From NCBI GenBank assembly GCA_910585915.1, contig CAJUGF010000001.1, forward strand, positions 4,622 through 68,621: a DNA stretch of 64,000 bases, read 5' to 3'. The position numbers were made by a program, and so were the translations under genes. The DNA is from an uncultured Bacilli bacterium. GTDB lineage: Bacteria > Bacillota_I > Bacilli_A > RF39 > UBA660. Below, piece after piece: positions 56,463-64,000 of this stretch. Every line of letters begins with the position of its first letter. Within the stretch, counting starts at the first letter, position 1. A model generated the notes under the pieces. That model saw only the letters and a program-made list of their open reading frames with translations. It did no database searches and was not told the DNA's origin.

Positions 56463-57197
56463 ATGGAGTTAAGATCTTTTTCTAATCAGGCAATTGATGC
56501 GGTAGGGCAGCAAGCATTACATCATATATTTTATGCAAAGAATTTTCGCGAAAATTTAGAGGAAGTTATTAATTTTGAACAAGAGCAAGGTGTTTATCTT
56601 CATCATTTGATTGATATTTGGTATTATTTGCTTGGAATTAGTGAAGATAATTTGTATATGCCAATCGTTCGTCAAAATGTAGAACAGTATATTCGATATT
56701 ATTGGCTTAAGCATCGTGTGGTACCATTAGAGAAGTTTTACATGACAGATAAAATATTAAAGGGTAATCGTGAAATATTTCTAAAAGATTTTCCAAGTTT
56801 TGCAATTTGGAAGGAAAAAGCGTGTTTCGAAAGTTTAAGAAGTCGTAAGTTTTTGTATTTTTTTGCTAGTCACAAAAAAATAACACAAGAAGTTTTAGAT
56901 TTTTATTTTTCAATGTTTGGAATTACAACAGCTATTATGAGTGAGGAAAAAAAAGAATTTTTACGTTTGATTTGTGATGATCAGTTTTTGTCATATTGTA
57001 ATTATTTGATTAATCATCGTTCTGCTTTGATGTTGGAAAATGAGTATTTTTTTAAGGTGAGAGAAGTTTTAGAAGCCAATATGGATTATACTTTTACTAG
57101 TGCTCCTCATGCTATTTCTGGAACTTTTTTTGAGGAAAATGAACGTGTATTAAAACGTGTAAATGAATTAAATCCAACAGATGATATTTACAGATGA
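56463..57197 (+). CDS. Hypothetical protein, tandem paralog B
   Basis: RBS AGGAGG; paralogous to 55754..56443. Confidence 0.45.
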   Translation: MELRSFSNQAIDAVGQQALHHIFYAKNFRENLEEVINFEQEQGVYLHHLIDIWYYLLGISEDNLYMPIVRQNVEQYIRYYWLKHRVVPLEKFYMTDKILKGNREIFLKDFPSFAIWKEKACFESLRSRKFLYFFASHKKITQEVLDFYFSMFGITTAIMSEEKKEFLRLICDDQFLSYCNYLINHRSALMLENEYFFKVREVLEANMDYTFTSAPHAISGTFFEENERVLKRVNELNPTDDIYR

Positions 57198-57209
57198 TGA
57201 TTCTGTTTC

Positions 57210-57239
57210 TTGACTTTTTTCGTTTTTTTATTTTATAAT
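57210..57239 (+). promoter_or_regulatory. Sigma-A-type promoter for the T-box leader
   Basis: TTGACT (-35), 18-bp spacer, TATAAT (-10). Confidence 0.6.
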
Positions 57240-57245
57240 TTGGTT

Positions 57246-57385
57246 ATACAAGCGTTGAAGGCCTTGGAAAGCTAGAGCTATATAATTTAAGAGAGATTCT
57301 TCCAATGAATAAGTAGGGTGGAACCGCGGCTGAAACCGTCCCTATGAATTTTTTGGAGTTTTTTTATTTAGAGAGGGAGATGTTT
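57246..57385 (+). promoter_or_regulatory. T-box riboswitch leader (candidate Gly specifier GGC) upstream of the LOG-GNAT-glyQS operon
   Basis: Conserved T-box sequence AATGAATAAGTAGGGTGGAACCGCGG at 57305-57329. An AGAGA element at about 57290. A GGC codon in the upstream stem region (about 57260). U-runs (GAATTTTTTGGAGTTTTTTT) before the first ORF. Confidence 0.65.
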
Positions 57386-57386
57386 T

Positions 57387-57902
57387 TTGAATATTTTTGT
57401 TGGATGTTCTTCTAGAGAAGAAATTGCAAAAGATTATTTAGATCTTGCTACAGAAGTAGGAGATCGTTTAAAAGGAGTTCATTTCATTATTGGTGGATCT
57501 TTACATGGTATGATGGGTAGTGTAGTTAAACATATTCCTAAACCAGATATTACACAAATTATTTTAAAAGATTATGTGAATGAAGGAGAATCTTATTCAT
57601 CAAGTTATCAAATTTGTGAAACTTCTTTTGAAAGAATGGAACACATTTGGAATGCTACTGATATTTTTTTAATTTTACCAGGTGGAACAGGAACACTTGG
57701 AGAAATTATTACTTTTTTAGAAGAAAATCGAATGAAGAAAGAAAAGAAAAAAATTATAGTATTTAATTATCAAGGATTTTATGATGATATTATAGCATTT
57801 GTAGAAAAAACTAAGGAAAAGAAATTTTGTAATGATGATATTTTGGCTGGACTTTCTTTTGCAAATTGTTTGGATGAAGTTGTAGAATTGATGAAAGGAT
57901 AA
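57387..57902 (+). CDS. LOG-family (TIGR00730) nucleotide-binding protein / putative nucleotide 5-prime-monophosphate nucleosidase
   Basis: IIGGSLHGMMGSV and PGGTGTLGEI motifs characteristic of LOG/YvdD Rossmann proteins; TTG start in the ORF track. Confidence 0.7.
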   Translation: MNIFVGCSSREEIAKDYLDLATEVGDRLKGVHFIIGGSLHGMMGSVVKHIPKPDITQIILKDYVNEGESYSSSYQICETSFERMEHIWNATDIFLILPGGTGTLGEIITFLEENRMKKEKKKIIVFNYQGFYDDIIAFVEKTKEKKFCNDDILAGLSFANCLDEVVELMKG

Positions 57903-57906
57903 GCAT

Positions 57907-58437
57907 ATGAAATATTTTAAAAAAATTGATGGTGAACGTATTTATTTGTCACCAGTATCTATAGATGATGCAGAGATTTATACAAAATGGATGAATGATG
58001 AAACGATTTGTAAGAATACAAATGCTCTTGCAAGGATTGTGCCACTTCAAAAGGAACAAGAATTTCTTAATCAAGCGAATGATATTTTAGCAATTGTTCG
58101 AAAAGAAGATGATGAACTTTTAGGAAATATTAGTTTTGGGCGAGTTGATTATCATAATCGTAATGCCGAAATTGGTTTGTTTATAGGAGAGATGGAAAAT
58201 CGTCATAAAGGATATGGCACAGAAGCTTTGAAATTAATGTTAGATTATGGTTTTAATCAATTAAATTTTCATGCCATAACATTAAGCGTTTTATCTTTTA
58301 ATGAAGAAGCTATTCAATGTTATGAAAAATTAGGATTTCAAGTTGTTGGTAGGATTAAAGAGGTAATGTATTATCATAATGTTTATTATGATCGAATTAT
58401 TATGGAAATATTAGAAAGTGATTGGAGGAATTTATGA
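57907..58437 (+). CDS. GNAT-family N-acetyltransferase
   Basis: HKGYGTEALKLMLDYGF (acetyl-CoA binding Q/RxxGxG/A-like) and the RimJ/RimL-like architecture. Confidence 0.7.
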   Translation: MKYFKKIDGERIYLSPVSIDDAEIYTKWMNDETICKNTNALARIVPLQKEQEFLNQANDILAIVRKEDDELLGNISFGRVDYHNRNAEIGLFIGEMENRHKGYGTEALKLMLDYGFNQLNFHAITLSVLSFNEEAIQCYEKLGFQVVGRIKEVMYYHNVYYDRIIMEILESDWRNL

Positions 58438-59822
58438 TGCGTGCGCAAACAATGGAAGAATTGGTTAATTATTGTAAACAATATGGTTTTATATTTCAAG
58501 GAAGTGAAATTTATGGGGGGTTATCTAATACTTGGGATTATGGTCCATTGGGAATTGAGCTTAAGGAGAATGTAAGAAGAGCTTGGTGGAAGAAATTTAT
58601 ACAAGAAAATCCATATAATTATGGAATTCAAAGTGCAATTTTGATGAATCCTAAGGTTTGGGAAGCGACTGGACATGTTCAAAATTTTCATGATCCTTTA
58701 ATGGATTGTAAAAAATGTAAGATGCGTCATCGTGCTGATAAGATTGTTGATGCTTATTTACATGAACAAGGTTTAGAGGAAAGTAGTGATGGTTGGAGTA
58801 ATGAAAAATTAGAAAGTTTTATTAAAGAAGCTGGTATTACTTGTCCTAATTGTGGAGCTTGTGATTTTACAGAAATTCGTCAATTTCAAATGATGTTTAA
58901 AACTTTTATGGGAGTTACAGAAGATGCGACATCTACTATTTATTTAAGACCAGAAACAGCACAAGGAATGTTTGTTAATTTTTTGAATGTTCAAAGGAGT
59001 ATGAGGCTTAAACTTCCTTTTGGAATTGGGCAGACTGGTAAGAGTTTTCGTAATGAAATAACCCCAGGAAATTTTACGATTCGTACTCGTGAATTTGAAC
59101 AAATGGAATTAGAATTCTTTTGTAAACCTGGAGAGGATTTGGAATGGTTTGGATATTATAAAAGTTTTTGTATGGATTTTTTGACTAGTCTTGGGCTTAG
59201 TAAAGAGAATTTAAGATATCGTGATCATAAGAAAGAGGAGTTATCTTTTTATTCTGTAGCTACGACAGATATTGAATACCGCTATACTCATGGCTTTGAT
59301 GAATTGTGGGGAATAGCGGATCGAACAGATTATGATTTGTCTGTTCATCAGGACTATTCTAATAATGATTTACGTTATTTAGATCCTGAAACAAATGAAA
59401 AATATTTACCTTATGTTATTGAACCAGCTGTGGGCCTTGATCGAATGATTTTAGCTTTTTTAACGGAAGGTTATCAAAAGGAAATGCTAGAAGGAGAGGA
59501 ACGGACCGTTTTAAAAATTCATCCTTTTTTAGCACCAATTAAGGTGACAGTTCTTCCATTGATTAAGAAGATACATGGAAATAAAGCACGAGAGATTTAT
59601 GGGGATCTTGCAAAGTATTTTCAAGTATCTTATGATGAAGCTGGAAGTATTGGTAAGAGATATCGTAGAAGTGATGCTATTGGTACTCCTTTTTGCATTA
59701 CTATTGATGATGAAACGTTAAATAATAAAACGGTTACAGTCAGGGATCGAGATACAATGGAGCAAATTACTTTACCGATTTCTGAGTTAAATGATTATAT
59801 TTTGGAGCGAATTCAATTTTAA
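58434..59822 (+). CDS. glyQS: Glycine--tRNA ligase (alpha2 dimeric class II type)
   Basis: N-terminus MEELVNYCKQYGFIFQGSEIYGGLSNTWDYGPLG, class II motifs (FRNEITPGNFTIRTREFEQMELEFF), and a zinc-knuckle C..C ... C..C insertion; ATGA overlap with the GNAT gene. Confidence 0.93.
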   Translation: MMRAQTMEELVNYCKQYGFIFQGSEIYGGLSNTWDYGPLGIELKENVRRAWWKKFIQENPYNYGIQSAILMNPKVWEATGHVQNFHDPLMDCKKCKMRHRADKIVDAYLHEQGLEESSDGWSNEKLESFIKEAGITCPNCGACDFTEIRQFQMMFKTFMGVTEDATSTIYLRPETAQGMFVNFLNVQRSMRLKLPFGIGQTGKSFRNEITPGNFTIRTREFEQMELEFFCKPGEDLEWFGYYKSFCMDFLTSLGLSKENLRYRDHKKEELSFYSVATTDIEYRYTHGFDELWGIADRTDYDLSVHQDYSNNDLRYLDPETNEKYLPYVIEPAVGLDRMILAFLTEGYQKEMLEGEERTVLKIHPFLAPIKVTVLPLIKKIHGNKAREIYGDLAKYFQVSYDEAGSIGKRYRRSDAIGTPFCITIDDETLNNKTVTVRDRDTMEQITLPISELNDYILERIQF

Positions 59823-59846
59823 ATAAAATATATGATAAAATGATTG

Positions 59847-59888
59847 AAATCCTATTTCTTGTTTGAGTAAGAAATAGGATTTTATTTT
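59847..59888 (+). terminator. Intrinsic terminator after glyQS
   Basis: AATCCTATTTCT / AGAAATAGGATT 12-bp stem followed by a T-rich run. Confidence 0.7.
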
Positions 59889-59911
59889 CAATTTGTTAAA
59901 AATGAGGAGAT

Positions 59912-60622
59912 ATGGTAAGATATGGTAAGGATTTTGGGGTGTACTGTATGAATCAAAAAAGATTTGCTGAAGGTATTTGTTTTACAAAATTATTTTGGAT
60001 TTTTTTACTTGGCTCAATTTTTGGTGCATATTATGAACAAATCTTAAATTTATTTATTCATTATCATTACCATCACGAGTTTGTTTGGCAATTACGTCGT
60101 GGCGTTATTTATGGTCCTATCAGCCCAATTTACGGTGTAGGAGCGGTTTTGTTTACTATTTTATTACTTCGTAAGGAAAAAAGTAATTTTAGTATCTTTT
60201 TAAAAGGGGCTTTGATTGGTGGATCTTTTGAATATTTGATTAGTTTTTTTCAGGAAACTTTTTTTGGTACTATTTCGTGGGATTATAGTCAGGATTTTTT
60301 AAATATTAATGGAAGGACTACGATTCCGTATATGATTGTGTGGGGACTTTTAGCGCTTTTATTTGCTAAAGTTATATATCCTACGATTTCTAATATTATT
60401 GAATCTTTTCCGCAAAAATTTGGAGATGTTTTTACTGGTATTTTGGTAGTGTTGTTAGTTTTAGATTTTTTTGTTTCTTGGGGATCTTTAATTCGACAAA
60501 CATTACGTCATAAGGGATATGAACCAATTACATTTGTGGGAACATTTTTTGACAAACATTATAATGACGAAGTATTACGACAATATTATGCAAATATGAA
60601 GGTTATTAAAGTGAATAAGTGA
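59912..60622 (+). CDS. Polytopic membrane protein (possibly DUF1113 / putative ABC-transporter type IV family)
   Basis: 5-6 TM; YGPISPIYGVGA segment. Family assignment tentative. Start may be the ATG at 59948. Confidence 0.45.
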   Translation: MVRYGKDFGVYCMNQKRFAEGICFTKLFWIFLLGSIFGAYYEQILNLFIHYHYHHEFVWQLRRGVIYGPISPIYGVGAVLFTILLLRKEKSNFSIFLKGALIGGSFEYLISFFQETFFGTISWDYSQDFLNINGRTTIPYMIVWGLLALLFAKVIYPTISNIIESFPQKFGDVFTGILVVLLVLDFFVSWGSLIRQTLRHKGYEPITFVGTFFDKHYNDEVLRQYYANMKVIKVNK

Positions 60623-60717
60623 TGTTCCTTGTTCTAATTCAACATAGGCTTTTCCTTAAAGTTTAAGTAAGGATTTATGTTTTTTTTATGAAAGGCTGAG
60701 TGATAGGTGAAGTATTT

Positions 60718-61521
60718 ATGATGATTAAAAATGTGGAGTTAACCAGTGATATTCAAAGGGATTATGTACAAATGGTACATAAAATTCCGAAACTTACTGT
60801 CAAGGAAGAAAAATCTTTATTTGAGGGATATTATAATAGTAAAGATTCTCATCTTAAAGATGAAAATTCAATGTTGGAATTTAGTTATGAAGGAAAATCT
60901 TTTCATTTTGATAAAAATGATATTTCATCTTATGAATTTATGGCAGTATGTAAAGAAATTTTGAAACCTTCTTACTATCTTGTTTTATATTATCGTTATT
61001 TTTGTCTTGATCCAAAGTCTTTAAGTTTTATTGCTCATATGTTTTTTTCAACAAGACAGAATATTTCGGTTTTAATTGAGCGTGCTTTTTATGTGTTGAA
61101 ACCTTATTTAAATTGTTCAAAGGAGTATTTAAGAGTCCTTGAATGCTTAATGTCTAAGGAAGGGGATAATTTTAAATATTTGAATGTGCATCCGATTGAT
61201 CCAAAGGATATTGTTCGGTTTTGGTATGCATATCCTTATTTGAATTTGAAAGAACGAGAAGTTTTAAGAGAACACTTGCTTGGAAAGTATGATGTGTTAA
61301 CTTTTCCACTTTATCAATTGCTTGAAATGTCTAAAAAAGAATATAGTGTATGTTTGAATTCTTTACAAGAAAAGTTGGAAGTAATATTTTCTGATTATCA
61401 AAAATATTATAAGCAAGAAGAGTTATGTATTCGTGCATACAAAACAAAGATTTATAATATGGATTTGAATAGTAAGTTTTGTTTTTTTGATGATGATATT
61501 AAACGACGTTTAACTATATAA
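60718..61521 (+). CDS. Sigma-factor-like protein lacking region 2 (paralog of the C-terminal part of the next gene)
   Basis: Region-1.2-like N-terminus (DYVQMVHKIPKLTVKEEKSLFEGY), a region-4-like HTH (STRQNISVLIERAFYVLK), and a shared C-terminal module (DIVRFWYAYPYLNLKEREVLREHLLGKYD). No region 2 core. Confidence 0.55.
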   Translation: MMIKNVELTSDIQRDYVQMVHKIPKLTVKEEKSLFEGYYNSKDSHLKDENSMLEFSYEGKSFHFDKNDISSYEFMAVCKEILKPSYYLVLYYRYFCLDPKSLSFIAHMFFSTRQNISVLIERAFYVLKPYLNCSKEYLRVLECLMSKEGDNFKYLNVHPIDPKDIVRFWYAYPYLNLKEREVLREHLLGKYDVLTFPLYQLLEMSKKEYSVCLNSLQEKLEVIFSDYQKYYKQEELCIRAYKTKIYNMDLNSKFCFFDDDIKRRLTI

Positions 61522-61601
61522 AGAGAGTAAGATAATATTTTTTAGAAGAACTCTTGTTATTCAAATCTTTTTCTTTTATAATACTTTTCGAGGTGGGGGG
61601 A

Positions 61602-62831
61602 ATGGTTTCTAATAATAGCATGTTTTCTTTTTCTAATTTAGAAACTGATTATTTAACGATGATACACGGTATTCCGCTTCTTTCTTCTAATCAACTACTT
61701 GCATTGTTTTCTGAATATAAAAGTACATTAAATGAAGATATTTTGAAGCAAATTGTGGAGCATAACTTGCGATTAGTACCTGGAATCGCGAAATTGTATT
61801 TGAATAAATGTAATCATTTGAAATTCATGGATCTTATTCAAGAGGGAAATTATGGTCTTATGAAAGCAGCACGATCCTTTGATCCAAATTATGGTACTGC
61901 TTTTTCCACATTTGCTACTTCTTATATTCATGGATATATTAAGAATGCAATTGCAATGCAAGAGCGTTTGATTAAAGAAGATCCACGCTTTGTTAGTCAA
62001 TTGATGCGATATCAAAAACTAAAAAGGAAATATCAAAATTGTGAAGAGGAAGCACCTTCTGATGAAGAATTATGTTCTATATTAGGTGTTTCTTTTGATA
62101 CTTTACGATTGTTTGAAGAAGTTAATGTTAGAAAAATTACAAGTCTTGATGCCAAACTTAAAGAAGATGCTGATGATTGTTTGCTTGATGTCATTTCAAG
62201 TGCGGAAGATGTGTCTACTGAGATGGTTGATAATTATATGGATCAAGAAATTATGGTTTTATGTAAATGGCTTTTAAAATCTGTTTCATATTTTGTGTTA
62301 TATTATCAATATTTTTCGAAGAAAGTAATACTTTTAAGTGATCTTGGAAATCTTATGGGGAGTAGACGTCAGAATGCTTCTCAATATCTTAAAAAAGCAA
62401 TTCAACAACTAAAACCTTATTTTACGTCTTCTTCACTTTATTCTGAAACTTTACAAGCTATTAAAACGAGGGAAGGTAAGAATTATAGTTTTTTATCTTT
62501 GAAACCAATTTCTCCTCAAGATATTACTAAATATCTTTATGCTTATCCTTTTTTGATGCCTATAGAACAGAAAGTGCTTTATTGGGAATTGTTTGGAAAG
62601 TATGAAAGAGAATGTCCTTTTGTTTATGATTTACTTTGTATGAGTAAAGGTGAATATTATTCAACTTTGTCTTCTTTACAGTTTAGATTAAAAGAAATAT
62701 TCCAGAATTATAAAATGTATAAAGACTATGAAAAACAATGTATTGAAACTCATAAAGCGAAAATTTATAAACTTGATTTGCATTATGAGTTAGTAGATAA
62801 TAAGCTTGTTAAATCTTTTAATTCAAAGTAA
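61602..62831 (+). CDS. Atypical sigma-70-family factor with ~150-aa C-terminal extension
   Basis: RBS GAGGTGGGGGG. Region 2 (LRLVPGIAKLYLNKCNHLKFMDLIQEGNYGLMKAARSFDPNYGTAFSTFATSYIHGYI). Region-4-like HTH (SRRQNASQYLKKAIQQLK). The C-terminal module (DITKYLYAYPFLMPIEQKVLYWELFGKYE) is shared with the 60718 protein. Confidence 0.7.
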   Translation: MVSNNSMFSFSNLETDYLTMIHGIPLLSSNQLLALFSEYKSTLNEDILKQIVEHNLRLVPGIAKLYLNKCNHLKFMDLIQEGNYGLMKAARSFDPNYGTAFSTFATSYIHGYIKNAIAMQERLIKEDPRFVSQLMRYQKLKRKYQNCEEEAPSDEELCSILGVSFDTLRLFEEVNVRKITSLDAKLKEDADDCLLDVISSAEDVSTEMVDNYMDQEIMVLCKWLLKSVSYFVLYYQYFSKKVILLSDLGNLMGSRRQNASQYLKKAIQQLKPYFTSSSLYSETLQAIKTREGKNYSFLSLKPISPQDITKYLYAYPFLMPIEQKVLYWELFGKYERECPFVYDLLCMSKGEYYSTLSSLQFRLKEIFQNYKMYKDYEKQCIETHKAKIYKLDLHYELVDNKLVKSFNSK

Positions 62832-62902
62832 TTAGTTTGCGAGGGAGTTTTTAGCGTGTTATAATAAGTGTATCGAATTTCTATTTTGGAAAGAGGATTA
62901 TT

Positions 62903-64000
62903 ATGAGAGATGTAGAAATAAAAAATGTAAAAGGTACCTTTGATTATTTACCCAAAGAACAAAAAATGAGAGATTATGTTACCAGAACTTTATCTGATGT
63001 TTTTGAAATGTTTGGGTATTTGCCAGTTGTTACTCCTACACTTTGTTATTATGATGTTTTAGCTAGTAAGTATGGTGGAGGAGCAGAAATATTAAAAGAG
63101 GTTTATAAGTTGTCTGATCAAGGTAAAAGGGATCTTGCTCTTCGCTATGATTTAACAGTTCCGTTTGCTAAGCTAATTGCTTTGACAAAAGATTTATCTA
63201 TGCCATTTAAACGATATGAAATTGGGAAAGTTTTTAGAGATGGTCCAGTAAAAATAGGAAGAAATCGTGAGTTTATTCAATGTGATGTTGATGTAGTAGG
63301 AATTAAAGATGTTTTGGTAGATGCAGAACTTATTAGTCTTTATGTTTTTGCATTTGATTCGTTTGGTATTGATTATGTGGTTGACTATAATAATCGGAAG
63401 TTAATGACAGGTATTTTAGAAGAATGTGGAGTTTGTCATGAAAAAATGACAGAAGTTATTACAATTATAGATAAGTTTAAGAAATTAACTAAAGAAGATA
63501 TTCAAAAGGAATTCCAAAATGTTGGAATGAGTCATGAGCAAATTGAAAGTTTGTATGAGTATTTTAATTTAGGCTTTGATGGTATTTTAGAACGTTTTCG
63601 AAATACATCAAATGAAATGGTTCAAATGGGTATTCAAGAACTTCAAGAAGTTCAAAATTATTTGAAAGCTTTAGGAATTCAAGAACACACCAATATTGAT
63701 TTGACGCTTGCTCGAGGGCTTAATATTTATACAGGAACTGTTTTTGAAGTATTTGCAAAAAATAGTAAAGTAACTTCCGCTATTGGTGGTGGGGGAAGAT
63801 ATGATAATATTATTACTAATTTTGTGGATGATGGGAATGAATATCCAGCGATTGGATGTAGTTTTGGATTAGATGCTATAGTGGAAGTGTTGAAAGAACA
63901 AGATGAAAATCGTTTCCGTAATAATTTGGATTTATTTATTGTTCCTTTAAATACTAAAAAAGAATCTTTGAAATTGGCTAATGAGTTACGAAAGTTTGGA
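62903..64000 (+). CDS. hisS: Histidine--tRNA ligase (5-prime partial in window; continues beyond 64000)
   Basis: RBS AAGAGGA. MRDVEIKNVKGTFDYLP ... LRYDLTVPFAKLIA (class II motif 1/2, HisRS-specific), ... GGGGRYD. Confidence 0.9.
   Translation, partial: MRDVEIKNVKGTFDYLPKEQKMRDYVTRTLSDVFEMFGYLPVVTPTLCYYDVLASKYGGGAEILKEVYKLSDQGKRDLALRYDLTVPFAKLIALTKDLSMPFKRYEIGKVFRDGPVKIGRNREFIQCDVDVVGIKDVLVDAELISLYVFAFDSFGIDYVVDYNNRKLMTGILEECGVCHEKMTEVITIIDKFKKLTKEDIQKEFQNVGMSHEQIESLYEYFNLGFDGILERFRNTSNEMVQMGIQELQEVQNYLKALGIQEHTNIDLTLARGLNIYTGTVFEVFAKNSKVTSAIGGGGRYDNIITNFVDDGNEYPAIGCSFGLDAIVEVLKEQDENRFRNNLDLFIVPLNTKKESLKLANELRKFG

Noticed and set aside
1-64000. Searched for tRNA/rRNA genes, IS elements, integrases and prophage hallmarks
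   Set aside because: No cloverleaf-compatible tRNA-like segments were noticed. No transposase DDE or tyrosine/serine recombinase motifs, no terminal inverted repeats and no phage structural genes were noticed. The only phage-associated domain type is the solo Panacea protein, which lacks any mobile-element context.

Overview
AT-rich (about 30% GC) chromosomal segment from a low-GC Gram-positive bacterium; the gene content and order are Bacillota-like, and yqfC/yqfD sporulation-gene remnants point to an Erysipelotrichia/Clostridia-like lineage. Coding is dense, mostly on the + strand, and housekeeping genes dominate. The main blocks are rpmG-efp; a division/cell-wall (dcw) cluster (murC on the minus strand, then mraZ-rsmH-ftsL-PBP, a second PBP, mraY, ftsW, murG-murB-divIB); rpsB-tsf, frr, rpsU; yqfC-yqfD-ybeY-era-recO; and glyQS and hisS. 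Four things are unusual. (1) A complete Wzy-dependent glycopolymer locus of about 10 kb sits inside the dcw cluster between two class-B PBP paralogs. It encodes an initiating sugar transferase, GT4, LicD, GT2, Wzy, Wzx, CpsC/CpsD, VanZ and LCP. A solo Panacea/GepA-domain protein and an array of GACAAAT direct repeats lie just upstream. (2) A 1336-aa sigma-70-family protein lies between ftsW and murG. It carries a complete sigma core, then about four tandem 78-bp coding repeats that re-copy its region-4.2 HTH, a perfect 252-bp tandem duplication, and a roughly 900-aa tail of degenerate region-4-like modules. Two more atypical sigma-like paralogs lie at 60.7-62.8 kb; one has the core plus a C-terminal extension and one lacks region 2. 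(3) A mosaic family of secreted surface proteins swaps domains between paralogs: a shared N-terminal domain joined either to a shared C-terminal domain or to BspA-type LRRs. They sit near a signal peptidase I gene and a Big_5-like adhesin, and share an unusual signal-peptide-proximal motif. (4) Cis-regulatory elements are readable directly: the mraZ operator (four GTGG boxes at exact 10-bp spacing) behind a sigma-A promoter, a T-box leader in front of a LOG-GNAT-glyQS operon, and several intrinsic terminators. No rRNA, tRNA, CRISPR, transposase or integrase genes were recognised.
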